This document shows, piece by piece, positions 39,401-52,349 of a DNA stretch of 64,000 nt (its first letter is position 1; each line of letters starts with the position of its first letter). Position numbers and translations under genes: made by a program. This DNA comes from the human T2T-CHM13v2.0 reference genome, Homo sapiens. The DNA lies in assembly GCF_009914755.1 (NCBI RefSeq), contig NC_060926.1; one strand, 5' to 3'. Below the pieces are notes generated by a model, which ran no database searches, had not been told where the DNA came from, and saw only the letters and a program-made list of their open reading frames with translations.

Positions 39401-42130
39401 GTTTAGTCTAAAGTGTAGATCAAGTCCAATGTTTCCTTGTTGGTTTTCTATCTAGATGATCTGTGCATTATTGAAAATGGGGCGTGTGTCAAAGCCCCTT
39501 ATATTACAGACTATTTATCCTTTCAAATATGTTAATATTTGCTCCTATATTTAGGTGCTCTGATATTGGATGCATATATGGTTATCATTGTTAGATCCTC
39601 TTGATGAATTGACCCCATTATCATTATATAATGACCTTCTTTGTTTCTTGGTATAGTTTTTGACTTAAAGACTATTTTGTCTACTATAAGTATAGCCACC
39701 CTTGCTATTTTTTGGTTTCCAATTGCATAGAATATATTTTTCCTTTCTTTCATTTTCAGCTTATGTGTGTTCTTAAAGCTGAAATGAGTCTCTTGTAGGC
39801 AGCAGGTGGTTGATCTTGTTTTTATTTTTTAATCAATTTAGCCCATCTATGTCTTTTGATTGGAAAATTTAACCCATTTATATTCAAGGCAATTATTGAC
39901 AGATAAGGATTAACCATTGCCCATGTGTTAATTGTTTTCTGGCTTTTCTGTAGACCTTTTGTTTCTTTCTTCCTCTCTTGTTGTCTTTCTTCATGATTTG
40001 ATGCTTTTCTGAAGTAGTATCCTTTGATTCCTTTATCTTTTGTGTATCTACCATAGTTTGCTTTGTGATGATTAAGAGGCCTAAGTAAAACGTTTTATAG
40101 TTATATCAACCTATTTTAAATTGATAACAACTTAACTTCAATTGAATCAAAACATTCTGCACTTTTACTCCCGCTCTCAGCATTTTATATTCTTGATGTC
40201 ACAATTTACATATTTTTATGTGTGTATCCATTAACAAATGTTTCTAGCTATAGTGATTTTAATATTTCTGTCTTTTAATATTTTAATAGGGTTATAAGTT
40301 ATTTACACATCGTTATATCGTTAAAGTATTCTGAATTTGACTACATGTGTTTACCAGTCAGTTTTGTACTTTATATTTTCATGTTGTCAGTTAGTGTCCT
40401 TTTGTTTCAACTTGAAGAACTCCCTTTAGCATTTCTTGTGAGGCAGTTATATTGGTGCTGAACTTTTTCATCTTTTGTTTGACTGGGAAAGTCTTCATCT
40501 CTTCTTCATTTCTAAAAGACTGCATTTCCAGGTGAAGTCTTTTTGCTTGTCAGATTGAGGTTTATTTTTTTTTTCTTTTTTTCATCATTTCAAATGTAGC
40601 ATCTTCCTCTGTCCTGGCCCTCTAGGTTTCTGCTGAAAAATCCTCTAGTAGCCTTGTAGGGGCTCCCTTCTATTTGATTTCCTTTCTTTTATTGCTGCTT
40701 TCAAAATTCTCTGTCTTTGATTTTTGAAAGTTTTATTATAATGTGTATTGGTGAAGTCTTCTTTGGGTTGAACTTAATTGGAGACATTTTAGCTTCACAT
40801 ACTTGAATGTCCTTACCTTTTCAAAGATTTGCTAAATTTGAAGCCATTATTTTTAAAAATAAGCTTTCTCCCTCTTTTTCTCTTTTTTAGACCTCTGTAG
40901 TATGAATTATAGCTTTCTTGATGGTGTCCCATACATTTTGTAGAATTTCTCAATCTTTTTTTCCCACCAACTGAATGTTTCTAAATGCCATGTCTTCAAG
41001 TTTCTTCTGTTTAAGCCAGATATTGATGCTGTCCATTGCCTTTTAAGCTTTCATTAATTTACTCTTCAGCTCCAGAACTTTCATTTTGTTTTTAAAAGGA
41101 TTTTTATATCTGTATTGAGCCTCTTATTTTATTTATGTATTACTTTTAAATTTTGTTGAGTGTCTGTGTTCTGTTGTAGCTCACCAAGCCTCCTTAACAC
41201 AATTATTTTGAATTTTTCTGGCCGTTTGTATATCTCCATTTCTCTAGCGTTGGTTATAGGAATATTATTATGCTCCTTTGGTGGTGTCATGTTTCCTTGA
41301 TTGTTTCATGTTCCTCGAAGTCTTGCATTGATGTTGGCACATTTGAAGAAGCGGTCACCTCCTTCAGTCTTTACTGACTTGCTTCAGGAGAGAAATACCT
41401 TCACCAATCAGCTCTGTTTTGGATTCTGAGGCTATATGAGATCTTTTTTGTGCATGCATCTGCTTAACCCCTCATATTCCTTCTTGACAGGAAGTTCTTA
41501 AGATTGTATGCCTTCTGATTGTGCAAAGTCCAGGACAGGTGCTAAAAGCCTCCCATTTGTTTTCTCCAGTGTGATGCCCTGAAATGCTGATGTATGTGTG
41601 TCTTCTCCAAATTCTGCCGAATTGAGCTGAGTGTCTGCTGGCTATGCTTGCACGCGCTGTCTGCAGGGGCATGCTTGGGAAGCCAGCTTAGGTACGGGGG
41701 AGACGAGCTGTATGTAGTCCTTGGGGTGCCCATGGGTCTGTTTGGGGGGTCCACATGTGGGTGTCCTGGGTGATTTATGGGCGGGCTTCCTCATGGAGTC
41801 TGCAGAGTGTTGGTAGAGCACCCATCTCTCTTCTCTGCTCCCAGTATCTCCCAACTACACAGCCGTGCTGTTAACCTCAGTGTTCCAGGTGGAGCAAGAA
41901 AAAGGTGGGCCTCTTGGGCAGAGTCCTCCAGTGCTGGGGGGGCTGGGTGCTTACTCACTATACTCTCACTTTCCCCCATCAGGGAGATCATGGGCTGAGG
42001 GGGTTCCCCTTGGCACCGAGCTATGCTGCCTGGCAGGAGGAGTGAGGCAGATAAGCTGAAACTGTGCTTTTTGCCCACTTCAAAGCATTCATTCTTGGAT
42101 TTTTTGTTCTTTCAGTGTGCTGGACCTTCT
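36500..42130 (-). mobile_element. Old near-full-length L1 (L1MA/L1MB-class), decayed
   Basis: 3' end 'tttattgaggtgtaattgacaaa' at ~36510; antisense ORF2 remnants (39532-39753 'IFYAIGNQKIARVAILIVDKIVFKSKTIPRNKEGHYIMIMGSIHQED', endonuclease-like); ORF1-like region ~40400-41250; GC-richer putative 5' region to ~42130 (boundary uncertain). Confidence 0.88.
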
Positions 42131-42170
42131 CTTGCGTGGTTAGTTGTAAAACTTGATGCTTCTGCAGGCA

Positions 42171-42246
42171 GATGATGGCAGAAAGCTCCCACCCCACCAC
42201 GCTGATGACGGCAGAAAGCTCCCGCCCCACCACGCTGATGATGGCA
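42171..42246 (+). repeat. 33-bp tandem duplication (~2.3 copies)
   Basis: 'gatga(t/c)ggcagaaagctccc(a/g)ccccaccacgct' at 42171 and 42204. Confidence 0.9.
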
Positions 42247-43033
42247 CTCTCGTTGGGTGGTTGTGTGGTCTTCATACAATTTCAGGGTAAATCGCCACTT
42301 GATGTCATTGCTAAATGGGATACCTGAGCTATGATGATTTTGCCTGATTGTTAAAGTTAGTATTTTAAGACCAAGGATGGACAAAATACGTTAAAATTGT
42401 CTGTAAAAAGGCACATTTCTGAATTTGCTTTTAATACTTTAAAAGATATAAAGCTGTTGTATTATAACAGGAAGGATTGCTACAAGAACAGATCTGTCAG
42501 AAAACAAAACCGCATCTTGAATTGAAATGGAAAATGAAATTTAGCTACACTTCGTATGTATGTGTGCATGCAATTTATATATTTATATTAATTTTTTTTT
42601 CAATGAGAGGAGCTTTGTCGGTGACCTCAATCCTAATAATTGTGCATTTCCACCTTCTGTGTTTCCCTGGAGAGCAAAACCATTCTGACTAAGCGCCTGT
42701 CAGGGCTGAAATACACTAACCAATTTTGTCAGCAGGCTTTTAAAAATAATGTTCTTGGGAATCTAACATGATCAACAATTCTATTGCTTTGGGGAAATAA
42801 CTCATGCTTCAGACCTTGAAATTATGTTCCCAAGAAAGCGTTGTTTCTGAAGCAGGCAGCATCTGTTTTTTATTGGGGTCTTGCCTCTACCTAATTGTGT
42901 GGCTGGTTTGAGAGATGAAGAACATTTCAGATATCTGGCTGAGATAACAGGTGACCAAGGAAATTCACTTCAGTGTGAACCGGAGAGCTCTTAGAGGCAG
43001 CTGTGGTTCCCTTGTTGCTGTATTAAGCCATAC

Positions 43034-43089
43034 GTACTGCAATGTCACATTCATTTACAAAGTACTGCAATGTCACATTCATTTACAAA
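43034..43089 (+). repeat. Perfect 28-bp tandem duplication
   Basis: 'gtactgcaatgtcacattcatttacaaa' at 43034 and 43062. Confidence 0.92.
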
Positions 43090-44383
43090 ATGTGTTGTAA
43101 CTTTCACGAAAGCTAATTGCAAACTGGGAAGTCCACACTTTTCTACTGTGAGATGGACACAAGGCAAGAGAGGAGTTTATCCATTTGTTTGTTTTCTTAA
43201 CAAACATTTACTAAACACCTAATAAAGTGCCTGCCTTCAGGAAGCCCAGATTAAAGCAAGTGAGACAAGCACCCTTACTGGGGCTGATGCCGCACAGTGC
43301 TGTGGACAGAAGGTCTGTGTGAGCACCAGGCATGGATTGGGTGTGTTAGCCTCGGGACAGAGAAGCTGCTCTTCTTCCTCCTGTTCCCTTATGAGCATTT
43401 CCTGAACGACCCCAAACACTGGGACTTCATATTGCCAACTCCAAACATTGCTTTCCATGATTGCAGCCTCCGTGACCTACAGACCCAGGTCAAATCCTGT
43501 ATACATGAAGTTCCTTCTGAATTTCTTCCCATTCTTCACCCCAGTAGTCATTACTTAACGCAAGTGCAGTGATGTTCCAGACATGTCCCACCCAGATTCT
43601 CCCTAGGCTGCCTGCCACATGAGTGAGTTTTCCACGTTATATGTGGGGCAGTGAGGTCCTTTTCATGGCTCTCCATAACCCTTAGGATAAAGCTTATACT
43701 ATTTAGCTGTATTTATCTAATTTGATGTATTTTATTCACAGAAATTATTTATATTCTCCAAATATGCCATGCATTTACATAAATTTGTGTCTCCAGAAAT
43801 GGTATTTCCTTTTCCTAGAATGCCAGCAATCCGTGTTTTCACCCTGCTAGCTTCTTTATCTCCATTAAGTTCTCTCTCAAGCTCTACTTTTTACTAAACC
43901 ATCCCTAAGCACGTAGTCTTGTTTGGACACCGGTCCCTACGATCCCGCTGTTTCCCTTAGCGTGGGACAGGGTGAGTGTTTTGGTTGTTTGCATGTCTAG
44001 TTGGTTGCTGTTAGTATTTTAGTTTTGGTCTGTCTCAGTAACATTCTTAGGGGCAGCTGGGGATACAGTTAATATATCTTTATAATCCTGTGTTCTTTAT
44101 AGAAAAGCAATATATTTTGTAAAATGAATGAACGAATGCTTCCATGTATCCAGGAAGAGTACTGTGTCCCTGGGAGGGTAAGACATGGGCAGTTTCTCCA
44201 GCATCCCCGCCGTGTTATGGTCTCCATGACCTCATGGCACATGGTGCGTTCATGGCCACTCCTTGATGTCCTTTCAGATTCCTGGTCTTTTTCCTGAGGA
44301 AAAGACAGATGTACACTGTAGCATCTGTGAATACGCATGCATTCAACATAGAACCCTAAAAATTATGGGATTGAAAGTGTAGT

Positions 44384-44712
44384 ATTATTCAGCCATAAAA
44401 AAGACGTGATGATGTCCTTTGCAGAGACATGGATGAAGCTGGAGATCACTATCCTCAGCAAATTAACACAGGAGCAGAAAACCAAACACCACACGTTCTC
44501 ACTTACAAGTAGGAGATAAATGGTGGAACACAGGGACACATAGACGGGAACAGCAGACACTGGGGCCTAGGAGGAGGGAGAGAACCAGGAAAAGTAACTA
44601 ACGGGCACTAGGCTTAATACCCGGGTGATGAGATAATCTGTACAGCAAACCCCCATGACACAGTGTAGCTATGTAACAAACCTGAATTTGTACTCTGAAC
44701 TTAAAAAACAAA
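44384..44712 (+). mobile_element. 5'-truncated primate L1 3' end (older L1PA/L1PB-like)
   Basis: 'cagccataaaaaag...atgtcctttgcagagacatggatgaagctgga...ggcttaatacccgggtgatg...tgtaacaaacctg...ctgaacttaaaa'; probable TSD 'aaagt(g/a)tagt' at 44374 and 44711. Confidence 0.88.
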
Positions 44713-45573
44713 AGTATAGTTTACAGAACTTATTATAGTATCACACAAAAGTCAATGCTGTCCCACCACCCATGTGCCCACAGAGCAGAGCTGGAAAGCT
44801 CACAGTCCCCAGTCTGTGGACGTCCTGATCTTTGTGTTCTCTGAGAAAAGCTGGGTTTTCTGTCTTCTTCCTGTCTGTGTATTCATCACTCAGGATTTAG
44901 CCTTTCCCACTTTTTTGTTTTTTGCTTTTTTCTTTGTTGTCGTTGTTTAAATCCTGTAAGGAAGTTGGAATTGTAGAAGCTCCGTCAGTGCCTCAGTTCT
45001 GTAAAGAGCTGTCTCTATATCCACGGCAAGACTTTCTAGAGTTAGCTGAAGTTTTGAATTTTAAACTCCCAGTTCTCAATATTTCTAGCCACATTTTTGT
45101 AAAAACTAGGTCATGAGATGAGGCTGGCTTGGGGATGCTGCAGTGGTTCCTACTGGGCTTGAAATCCTCTGAAACCAGAGGACATGCCTTAAACATCCAG
45201 GCTTCTCTTTCCTCCAAGTGCTAAGTTCCCTTTAAAATACAGCCGCTTGCTACGAAAACACAGTCAGTTAACATAATATCCCTGGGTTCATGTGGACCTT
45301 TAATATCTGCTTTTGAGACTGAGACAAATTGTGAGAGCTGACTCACAAACGCTTGCTTTTGAATCTGAAAATGCTACATAATTTTAAGGTAAAAGGCCCA
45401 CAGTATAGCATTCAGAAATAACTTTTAAACCATATGTGCCCAGATACATTGTAAATTACACTCCAGATGTGTCCTTTCCATGAACTGTAACATGTTGGAG
45501 ACATAGCCCTTGAAACGGAGTTACTCAGTCCAATATAAAATAAAATTCCCAAACCAAAGAAAATTAAAAACTT

Positions 45574-47033
45574 TTGCCTGGAGGCACTGCTGCGCACAGC
45601 CTGTGGCTAGACGAGGTTCCCGTGGGTTTACCTGGAGGCGTTGCTGCACGCAGCCTGTGGCTAGACGAGGTTCACGTGGGTTTGCCTGGAGGCGTTGCTG
45701 CGCACAGCCTGTGGCTAGACGAGGTTCACGTGGGTTTGCCTGGAGGCGTTGCTGCGCACAGCCTGTGGCTAGACGAGGTTCACGTGGGTTTGCCTGGAGG
45801 CGTTGCTGCGCGCGGCCTGTGGCTAGACGAGGTTCACGTGGGTTTGCCTGGAGGCATTGCTGCACACAGCCTGTGGCTAGACGAGGTTCACGTGGGTTTG
45901 CCTGGAGGCGTTGCTGCGCGCGGCCTGTGGCTAGACGAGGTTCACGTGGGTTTGCCTGGAAGCGTTGCTGCGCGCGGCCTGTGGCTGGACGAGGTTCACG
46001 TGGGTTTGCCTGGAGGCGTTGCTGCGCGCGGCCTGTGGCTAGACGAGGTTCACGTGGGTTTGCCTGGAGGCGTTGCTGCGCACGGCCTGTGGCTGGACGA
46101 GGTTCACGTGGGTTTGCCTGGAGGCGTTGCTGCGCGCGGCCTGTGGCTGGACGAGGTTCACGTGGGTTTGCCTGGAGGCGTTGCTGCGCGCGGCCTGTGG
46201 CTGGACGAGGTTCACGTGGGTTTGCCTGGAGGCGTTGCTGCGCGCGGCCTGTGGCTAGACGAGGTTCACGTGGGTTTGCCTGGAGGCGTTGCTGCGCGCG
46301 GCCTGTGGCTGGACGAGGTTCACGTGGGTTTGCCTGGAGGCGTTGCTGCGCGCGGCCTGTGGCTGGACGAGGTTCACGTGGGTTTGCCTGGAGGCGTTGC
46401 TGCGCGCGGCCTGTGGCTGGACGAGGTTCACGTGGGTTTGCCTGGAGGCGTTGCTGCGCGCGGCCTGTGGCTGGACGAGGTTCACGTGGGTTTGCCTGGA
46501 GGCGTTGCTGCGCGCGGCCTGTGGCTGGACGAGGTTCACGTGGGTTTGCCTGGAGGCGTTGCTGCGCGCGGCCTGTGGCTGGACGAGGTTCACGTGGGTT
46601 TGCCTGGAGGCGTTGCTGCGCGCGGCCTGTGGCTGGACGAGGTTCACGTGGGTTTACCTGGAGGCGTTGCTGCGCGCGGCCTGTGGCTGGACGAGGTTCA
46701 CGTGGGTTTGCCTGGAGGCGTTGCTGCGCGCGGCCTGTGGCTGGACGAGGTTCACGTGGGTTTGCCTGGAGGCGTTGCTGCGCGCGGCCTGTGGCTGGAC
46801 GAGGTTCACGTGGGTTTGCCTGGAGGCGTTGCTGCGCGCGGCCTGTGGCTGGACGAGGTTCACGTGGGTTTGCCTGGAGGCGTTGCTGCGCGCGGCCTGT
46901 GGCTAGACGAGGTTCACGTGGGTTTGCCTGGAGGCGTTGCTGCGCGCGGCCTGTGGCTGGACGAGGTTCACGTGGGTTTACCTGGAGGCGTTGCTGCGCG
47001 CGGCCTGTGGCTGGACGAGGTTCACGTGGGTTT
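45574..47033 (+). repeat. Minisatellite, 54-bp unit, ~27 copies, CpG-rich
   Basis: Unit 'gcctggaggcgttgctgcgcgcggcctgtggctggacgaggttcacgtgggttt'. Confidence 0.98.
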
Positions 47034-48242
47034 TGCTGTGAAGAGGTCTGTCCAGAAGCGGGGGTAGAGAAAGGGTGATTTTTATCGCAGAACAAGTCAT
47101 GTTGTTTTAATCTCACCAGAAGTTTCATCTAATTTGAAATAGAAAAAGGTTCATTTGTCCATTCATACTTTTTAATAAGTTAGAAAATACTTAGTGAGTG
47201 CTTGCTTTGGGCTGGGCATTCTTCTAGTCTCTGTGGATTCAGAGGTGAAAGGTGTGGCCCTGTTGTCCAGGAATTCAGTGTAGGAAGAGGATAATTACAG
47301 ACCATAGATACGCATGTGCTTTCCTTCTAGAAGGCACGTTCACGCGTATTCTCAGTTTACCTTCGTGAAACGGTGGGGTCACACCGCATGCTGTGTTTAT
47401 TGTGCTGATGGGGAAATGAAGGGTCCGGGAGGAATGGCCTCGAGGGCCTTCCATCCCCACAGACCCTCCTTGGCTCTTTCTAGGCTCTGCAGGGCTCAGG
47501 GTTCTTGCAAGGCCCAGCTCACGTGTGGCCACCTCATTGCTGCCCGGGTAGGGCTCTCTGCGTGATGTCACGTGGCCTTCGTGGTGAGGGGCAGATGAGA
47601 ACTGTATTTCTTCTCTCTAGTTTTGCTTGGTGTTATTTCAGTTGTATTAATCTTGTGTCCCCAATTCAACTTCACCCTGCCTGAAGGTGAGTTCATGCCT
47701 TGAATATCTTTATTTTTTCAGACCAAGCACTACAGATTGAAGCTGGGTGCCTGATGGACACCTGCTCGTGTGCTTCTCTGTAAGTATTTGCATTGTCGCA
47801 GCTGCAAGCACCCATTTCGCTGAGAATCACTGTTGCCTCCATGGGGTCCTGTCCTATGGACGACCCCTGTCTAGTTGGGAACTTGGTGCCAGGAGCTCAA
47901 CTTGCTCCAATGCTTCCCATCCTACTAAGTTCTACGCTGACTACAGTGGTAGGTAACGTCTGTTTTCCTGCAGTGCTTAAATATTGTTTCTACCTCCACC
48001 TTCGGCAGCTATGTGGCAGACATTTAATCATTGTTAGGCAAAAAAGACCTAAACGTACTCTGTTAGCTACTGCACCCTGCCTGGATTCCCCAGGCCACAT
48101 GTCTTAGTTAGCCCCACACAGCTTCAGATATTGTTATTGCTTCTATCCATTCTGCTAAACTGAGCCATGGTTAATAAAAGATGAGAATTGGCAATTTCCA
48201 AGTTTCTAAGAGTTTAAACTTATAGGAAATAAAAGACATGAT

Positions 48243-48625
48243 GTATTCCTCAGAGTAGGCTCACTATTGTAACAACGCCTCCGAATTTTAGTAGCTTACC
48301 AAAATAAGAACGTATTGTTCACTTGCATGACTGTCAAACCTAGGCCAGATGAGGGCTGTGCTCCACAACACCGCCCAGGAATCTGGGATCCTCCCCTGGG
48401 CTCCAGTAGCTCCATGGACATCTGCAGGTAGAATATAAACAAGGAAGCTGGGAGGAACTGGTGAGATTTCAGAGGAGGCCTAGAGGTGGTGGCCATCACT
48501 CTCCCTCCCAGTCTCCTGGCCAGGACTTGGTCACACAGCTGCACCTCACAGCGAGGGGCTGGGGAACGTGGCCTCACCCCGTGTCCAGGAAGAGGAGTGA
48601 CCTGCCATGGTGAGAATCTCCGCTC
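48243..48625 (-). mobile_element. Old MaLR LTR (MLT1J/K/L-like)
   Basis: 'ggctcactattgtaacaac...tagtagctta', 'ggccaggacttggtcacacagctgcacctcacagcgaggggctggggaa...tgtccaggaagagg'. Confidence 0.6.
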
Positions 48626-49194
48626 CTGAAGAGCACATGATTAGTCATTTACACGTCCTGATGTTGTTGCTCAGGGTCTCCTCCTACCAGGGGAGACAGT
48701 GGAAAACTGTGTGCATTGCTCACAGTGAGGAAGCTGGTTCCTTGGCTGGTCTGTGGGTCACATTGCTCATCTTCATGGGGACAGCGGCCACTCTTCACCA
48801 TGCTTCCTGTTGCTGGATTGCAATGGGAGCCATGCCATCGATGCTTTGGGCAAAATAGCTCATGTATGGCTCCTCGTCAGCTGCATGCAGTGGCACAGAT
48901 GCACCATGAAGCTTGCAGTTGGGTGTCTGCACCTCTCAAAACCATTTCCAGCTGGACAAGCAGGCCTCTTGGTGCTAATGCACCTGTGAAAGGCAAAGAC
49001 CCTCTCATCATTCCATGAGCCATATGCTGGCTCTATGTTTTTATGCCTGTCTCCCATAACAGGTGACATTGTTGAGAATGAGTAGCGGGGGGTGTCCGAT
49101 AGCTGTTACTTTGAAGTAAAAGGAATTCACTGATCCAGCTGCAGTGGGTCCCTAAAGCAAGGGCTGCTTAACACGTATACTCAGGTTGCATGAT

Positions 49195-49420
49195 GGCCGT
49201 GGAGTACACTGGACTCAGCACCAGGACCCCATCTCTCATCACCAGCTGTGTGTACGCCTTGGTGAGCTCCTTAAATCTAAACACGTGAGTATCCTTATTT
49301 GTCAAAAGAGGATTCAAATTTTAACCCTGCATAACCAAAAATACAGGAATTACTTAATGAAGGGGTTCTTGAGAAGCGATAAACTGAAAGGTAAGTCAAA
49401 GCCCCATGGCAAATGCAAAT
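49195..49420 (+). mobile_element. MIR fragment
   Basis: 'accagctgtgtgtacgccttggtgagctccttaaatct...tccttatttgtcaaaagaggatt'. Confidence 0.45.
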
Positions 49421-49512
49421 GGCTTGAAAATGCAGGAAATGCTTTCATCCTGGAACATTTGCTGTTCTACCCAAGTCAGGTCTGTGTCTCTGGAGGTGCA
49501 CACGGAGCTGTC

Positions 49513-49740
49513 CCTGGTGGCAGCCTCTGCCAAGGACTGTGTGGCCCCGGGGGCAGCCTCTGCTGAGTGTTGTGTGTTCCTGGTGGCAGCCTCTGCTGAG
49601 TGTTGTGTGTTCCTGGTGGCAGCCTCTGCCAAGGACTGTGTGGCCGCGGGGGCAGCTTCTGCCGAGTGTTGTGTGTTCCTGGTGGCAGCCTCTGCTGAGT
49701 GTTGTATTGCTGGTGGCAGCTTCTGCCGACGGCTGCGTGG
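49513..49740 (+). repeat. 33-bp tandem repeat, two unit types in A-B-B-A-B-B order
   Basis: A='ggcagcctctgccaaggactgtgtggcc(c/g)cggg', B='ggcagcctctgctgagtgttgtgtgttcctggt'. Confidence 0.9.
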
Positions 49741-50844
49741 CCCAAGTGTGCGTCCTGCCTTTTCCTGACTTCCTCTCTCTACTTCCCACTCTCACCCGGC
49801 ACATGATAAAATGTAATCTACATGAATATTAGGATTTGGATTTCTATCTGGACACGTGATTTACCTATTAATCAGACACCAACCACATGAATGATTATTA
49901 GAGGAATATTTAACAAAAGCTACATAAAAACAGTTTTTGAAACTATTTGGACTTCACTTCTCATAACATTCTTAAAAACCAAAGTTCAGTGTGTCTTCCA
50001 AAATGAAGAAAAATTACCCTGTTTTACCAATGGTTTTGGGTCGCTAATATCATAAAATGAAGGATGAGTTTTCAAGCCTGAAAGACAGTGTATTTACTAA
50101 ACAATTTCTTAATAAATTCATTTATTCATGCACCCATTTGTTCATGTGCCCATCCGTGCATTCGTCACTTACCAGACGCCTCCTGATCTCCAGCGCCCGC
50201 GATAGGCACTTCCCATCCAGTGAGGTGTATGGCCTGACTCCTGCCCGGGGCACTCATGGCCTTGAGAAGGTACATACAGAAATAACGTCCTAAAATAAGT
50301 TCCATGAGCTTATTCCATGAACTTAGCAGGTTCCATGAGCTCATGTTGCAGGGGTTGGAGACTGACTCTGAATTGGGAGCGTTGGCCCCGGGGGTATAGA
50401 GTCCAGTCAGGGGTCGGGGAGACTGATGGGGCTGCTTCTGCTGCTGTTCTGCGGCAAATCTAGGACTCAGCAGGAGACATTTTTATTTTCCTCCCACTTG
50501 AGAAACCCTCGTTATTGCTCAAATAAATGCCCACCCCCACCCACCTCCACCACCTCCACCACCACCTCTATGGCCAAGGAGGTCAGAGTGGAGAGGGGCA
50601 GCTTCCTCCTGGAACCCAGTCATGGCAAAGGACAACCACAAAATCCTGGCCGGGTCCAATCCAGGCTCATCGCGTCGGGAACAGCAAGAAGCAGGAGAGT
50701 CTGCAATGAAACTGTGAAATTGCAGAGGCTGGACAAGGGGTCAGCACCGCCAATAAAGGAGGAAATGTTTCCATGGAGGGGCTGTTTCTCAACTGAGGCG
50801 TGCCTTTCAGATGCGTAAGCTTTAGTCATGCTTATAACAATAAT

Positions 50845-50945
50845 GAAATTTTACAGATGAAAAAAATGGGCCTAAAGGGTTAGGTGAGTTGGCCGTGGAA
50901 TGTGATTAGCTCATGGGGAGGATGGTGTGGATTGAAGCTTGTCTA
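50845..50945 (-). mobile_element. MIR fragment
   Basis: 'attttacagatgaaaaaaatgggcctaaagggttaggtgagttggcc'. Confidence 0.55.
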
Positions 50946-51169
50946 GCAGGAAAGTTTATTTACTTTAACTGCCCATGATGCCTCTCCTAAAAAACAAGTC
51001 TTGTGCTTTCCACGTGTTTTATCTTTCTTTTGCTCTCATTCCCTGGCTTCCAACAAAGACCTTTTCTCCTTTTAAGTCATGTCTTAGCTCATATGAGTCA
51101 GAAAGCAGGTGGCATAAAGTTGTCTGTTTTCCCCAAATTTCCCATCCACTCGCTCCTTGCCAGGCCCAA

Positions 51170-51315
51170 GTGTCCCCATGATTATGTTGAAGCTTGATCT
51201 CCAAGGCAGTAGCGTTAAGAGCAGGGCCTTTAGGGGGTGATTAGGTCATGAGGGCTCCTCCCTCGTGAATGGGTGGAGTTTATAAATGCGTATAAAAGAA
51301 GCTTCACACAGCACG
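51170..51315 (+). mobile_element. MaLR LTR 5' fragment (MSTC/MSTD/MLT1A-like)
   Basis: 'tatgttgaagcttgatctccaa...ggcctttagggggtgattaggtcatgagggctcctccctcgtgaatggg'. Confidence 0.65.
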
Positions 51316-52349
51316 GGGGAGAAACCTGTTCCATGGTGAAAAGTACAGCTTAACACACCTGTGTGAAGGTTTGAAGGCAAGGTTGGAAGCCTCGGAACAT
51401 GGTGTTATCGGGGTGAGTTCACCATCACCCACAGCTACGATGGAGTGGAAGACTCAATCATTAAAAGTAACAGATTTTTACTGAGCCAAATTATAGAAGC
51501 CTGAGGCCATAAAGGCAATGTTAAAAATTCACTCTTCCCCTGATTGTTGTAGAAGAACACACAACAAAGTTGAACATGCTTGAATGTAAATTTTCTCACC
51601 ATGACTTGTTGTAATATATTACATTATCAAGGAACATGAAAATGAAATGTGCTTTTCTAGTTTTTCGGATGCCATTCTCTCAGTCTCTGCAAGGCTTGGG
51701 AAGTGGCCAGCCTGAAGGACAACGAGGCTGTGTCTGATCATGGGGTGCTACTGAAAAAAGTGACAGAAATGTTGGAATGATGTACGATGTCCCCAGCGCT
51801 CTGAAATAAAGGAGAGCTGCCTCCATTTCCAAGGCAAGAGGTGGGTATGGCTGAGGTGGGCCCAGGACTACACCTGGCATGGCTGTGGCCCAGCGTGCGG
51901 CTGACGCTGAGGTTGGTCTCTTCACTCCGGGGCCCAGGCTTCGCCTCTGCTCCTCGCCTTTGCTTTCCCTCAGAGCTGAACCCAAGTCGTCCTTCCCAGC
52001 TGCTCTCTCATGGTAGGGATCCCACTCAGCAGGGCGCCGTGCCGGCTTAGCACCAAGTGACCAGGGGAAACAAGACAGGGATGTGCCTGGGGAGCCTCTT
52101 CTGGGGCCCTACTTACTGCCATCGCAGGGGCCCTACGGGCGTCCTCCGGGATGGTGTCACGGGCTCTAGACCCACAAGCAGGGTTGGAGCCCCGGCGCTA
52201 CCCACATCTGTCCAAGTGATATTAAACCTTGCAAGTCTTTCTTTCCTGTGAGAAATAGAAAAAGCATATTTCCTACTTTAGTGCATGGGTGAAATGAGAT
52301 AACCCATCTCATGCATGAGAGTCCTGATGGGTGACCCTATAGTTCCCTG

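Noticed and set aside
45510-47128. ORFs of 497-535 aa
   Set aside because: Pure 18-aa periodic translations of the 54-bp VNTR, open on both strands, with no flanking coding context
47621-47779. Two exon-like segments (47621-47686 with AAG|gtgagt; 47722-47779 with tct|gtaagt)
   Set aside because: They sit in L2-like decayed sequence, are separated by only 35 nt (too short for an intron) and encode nothing recognisable
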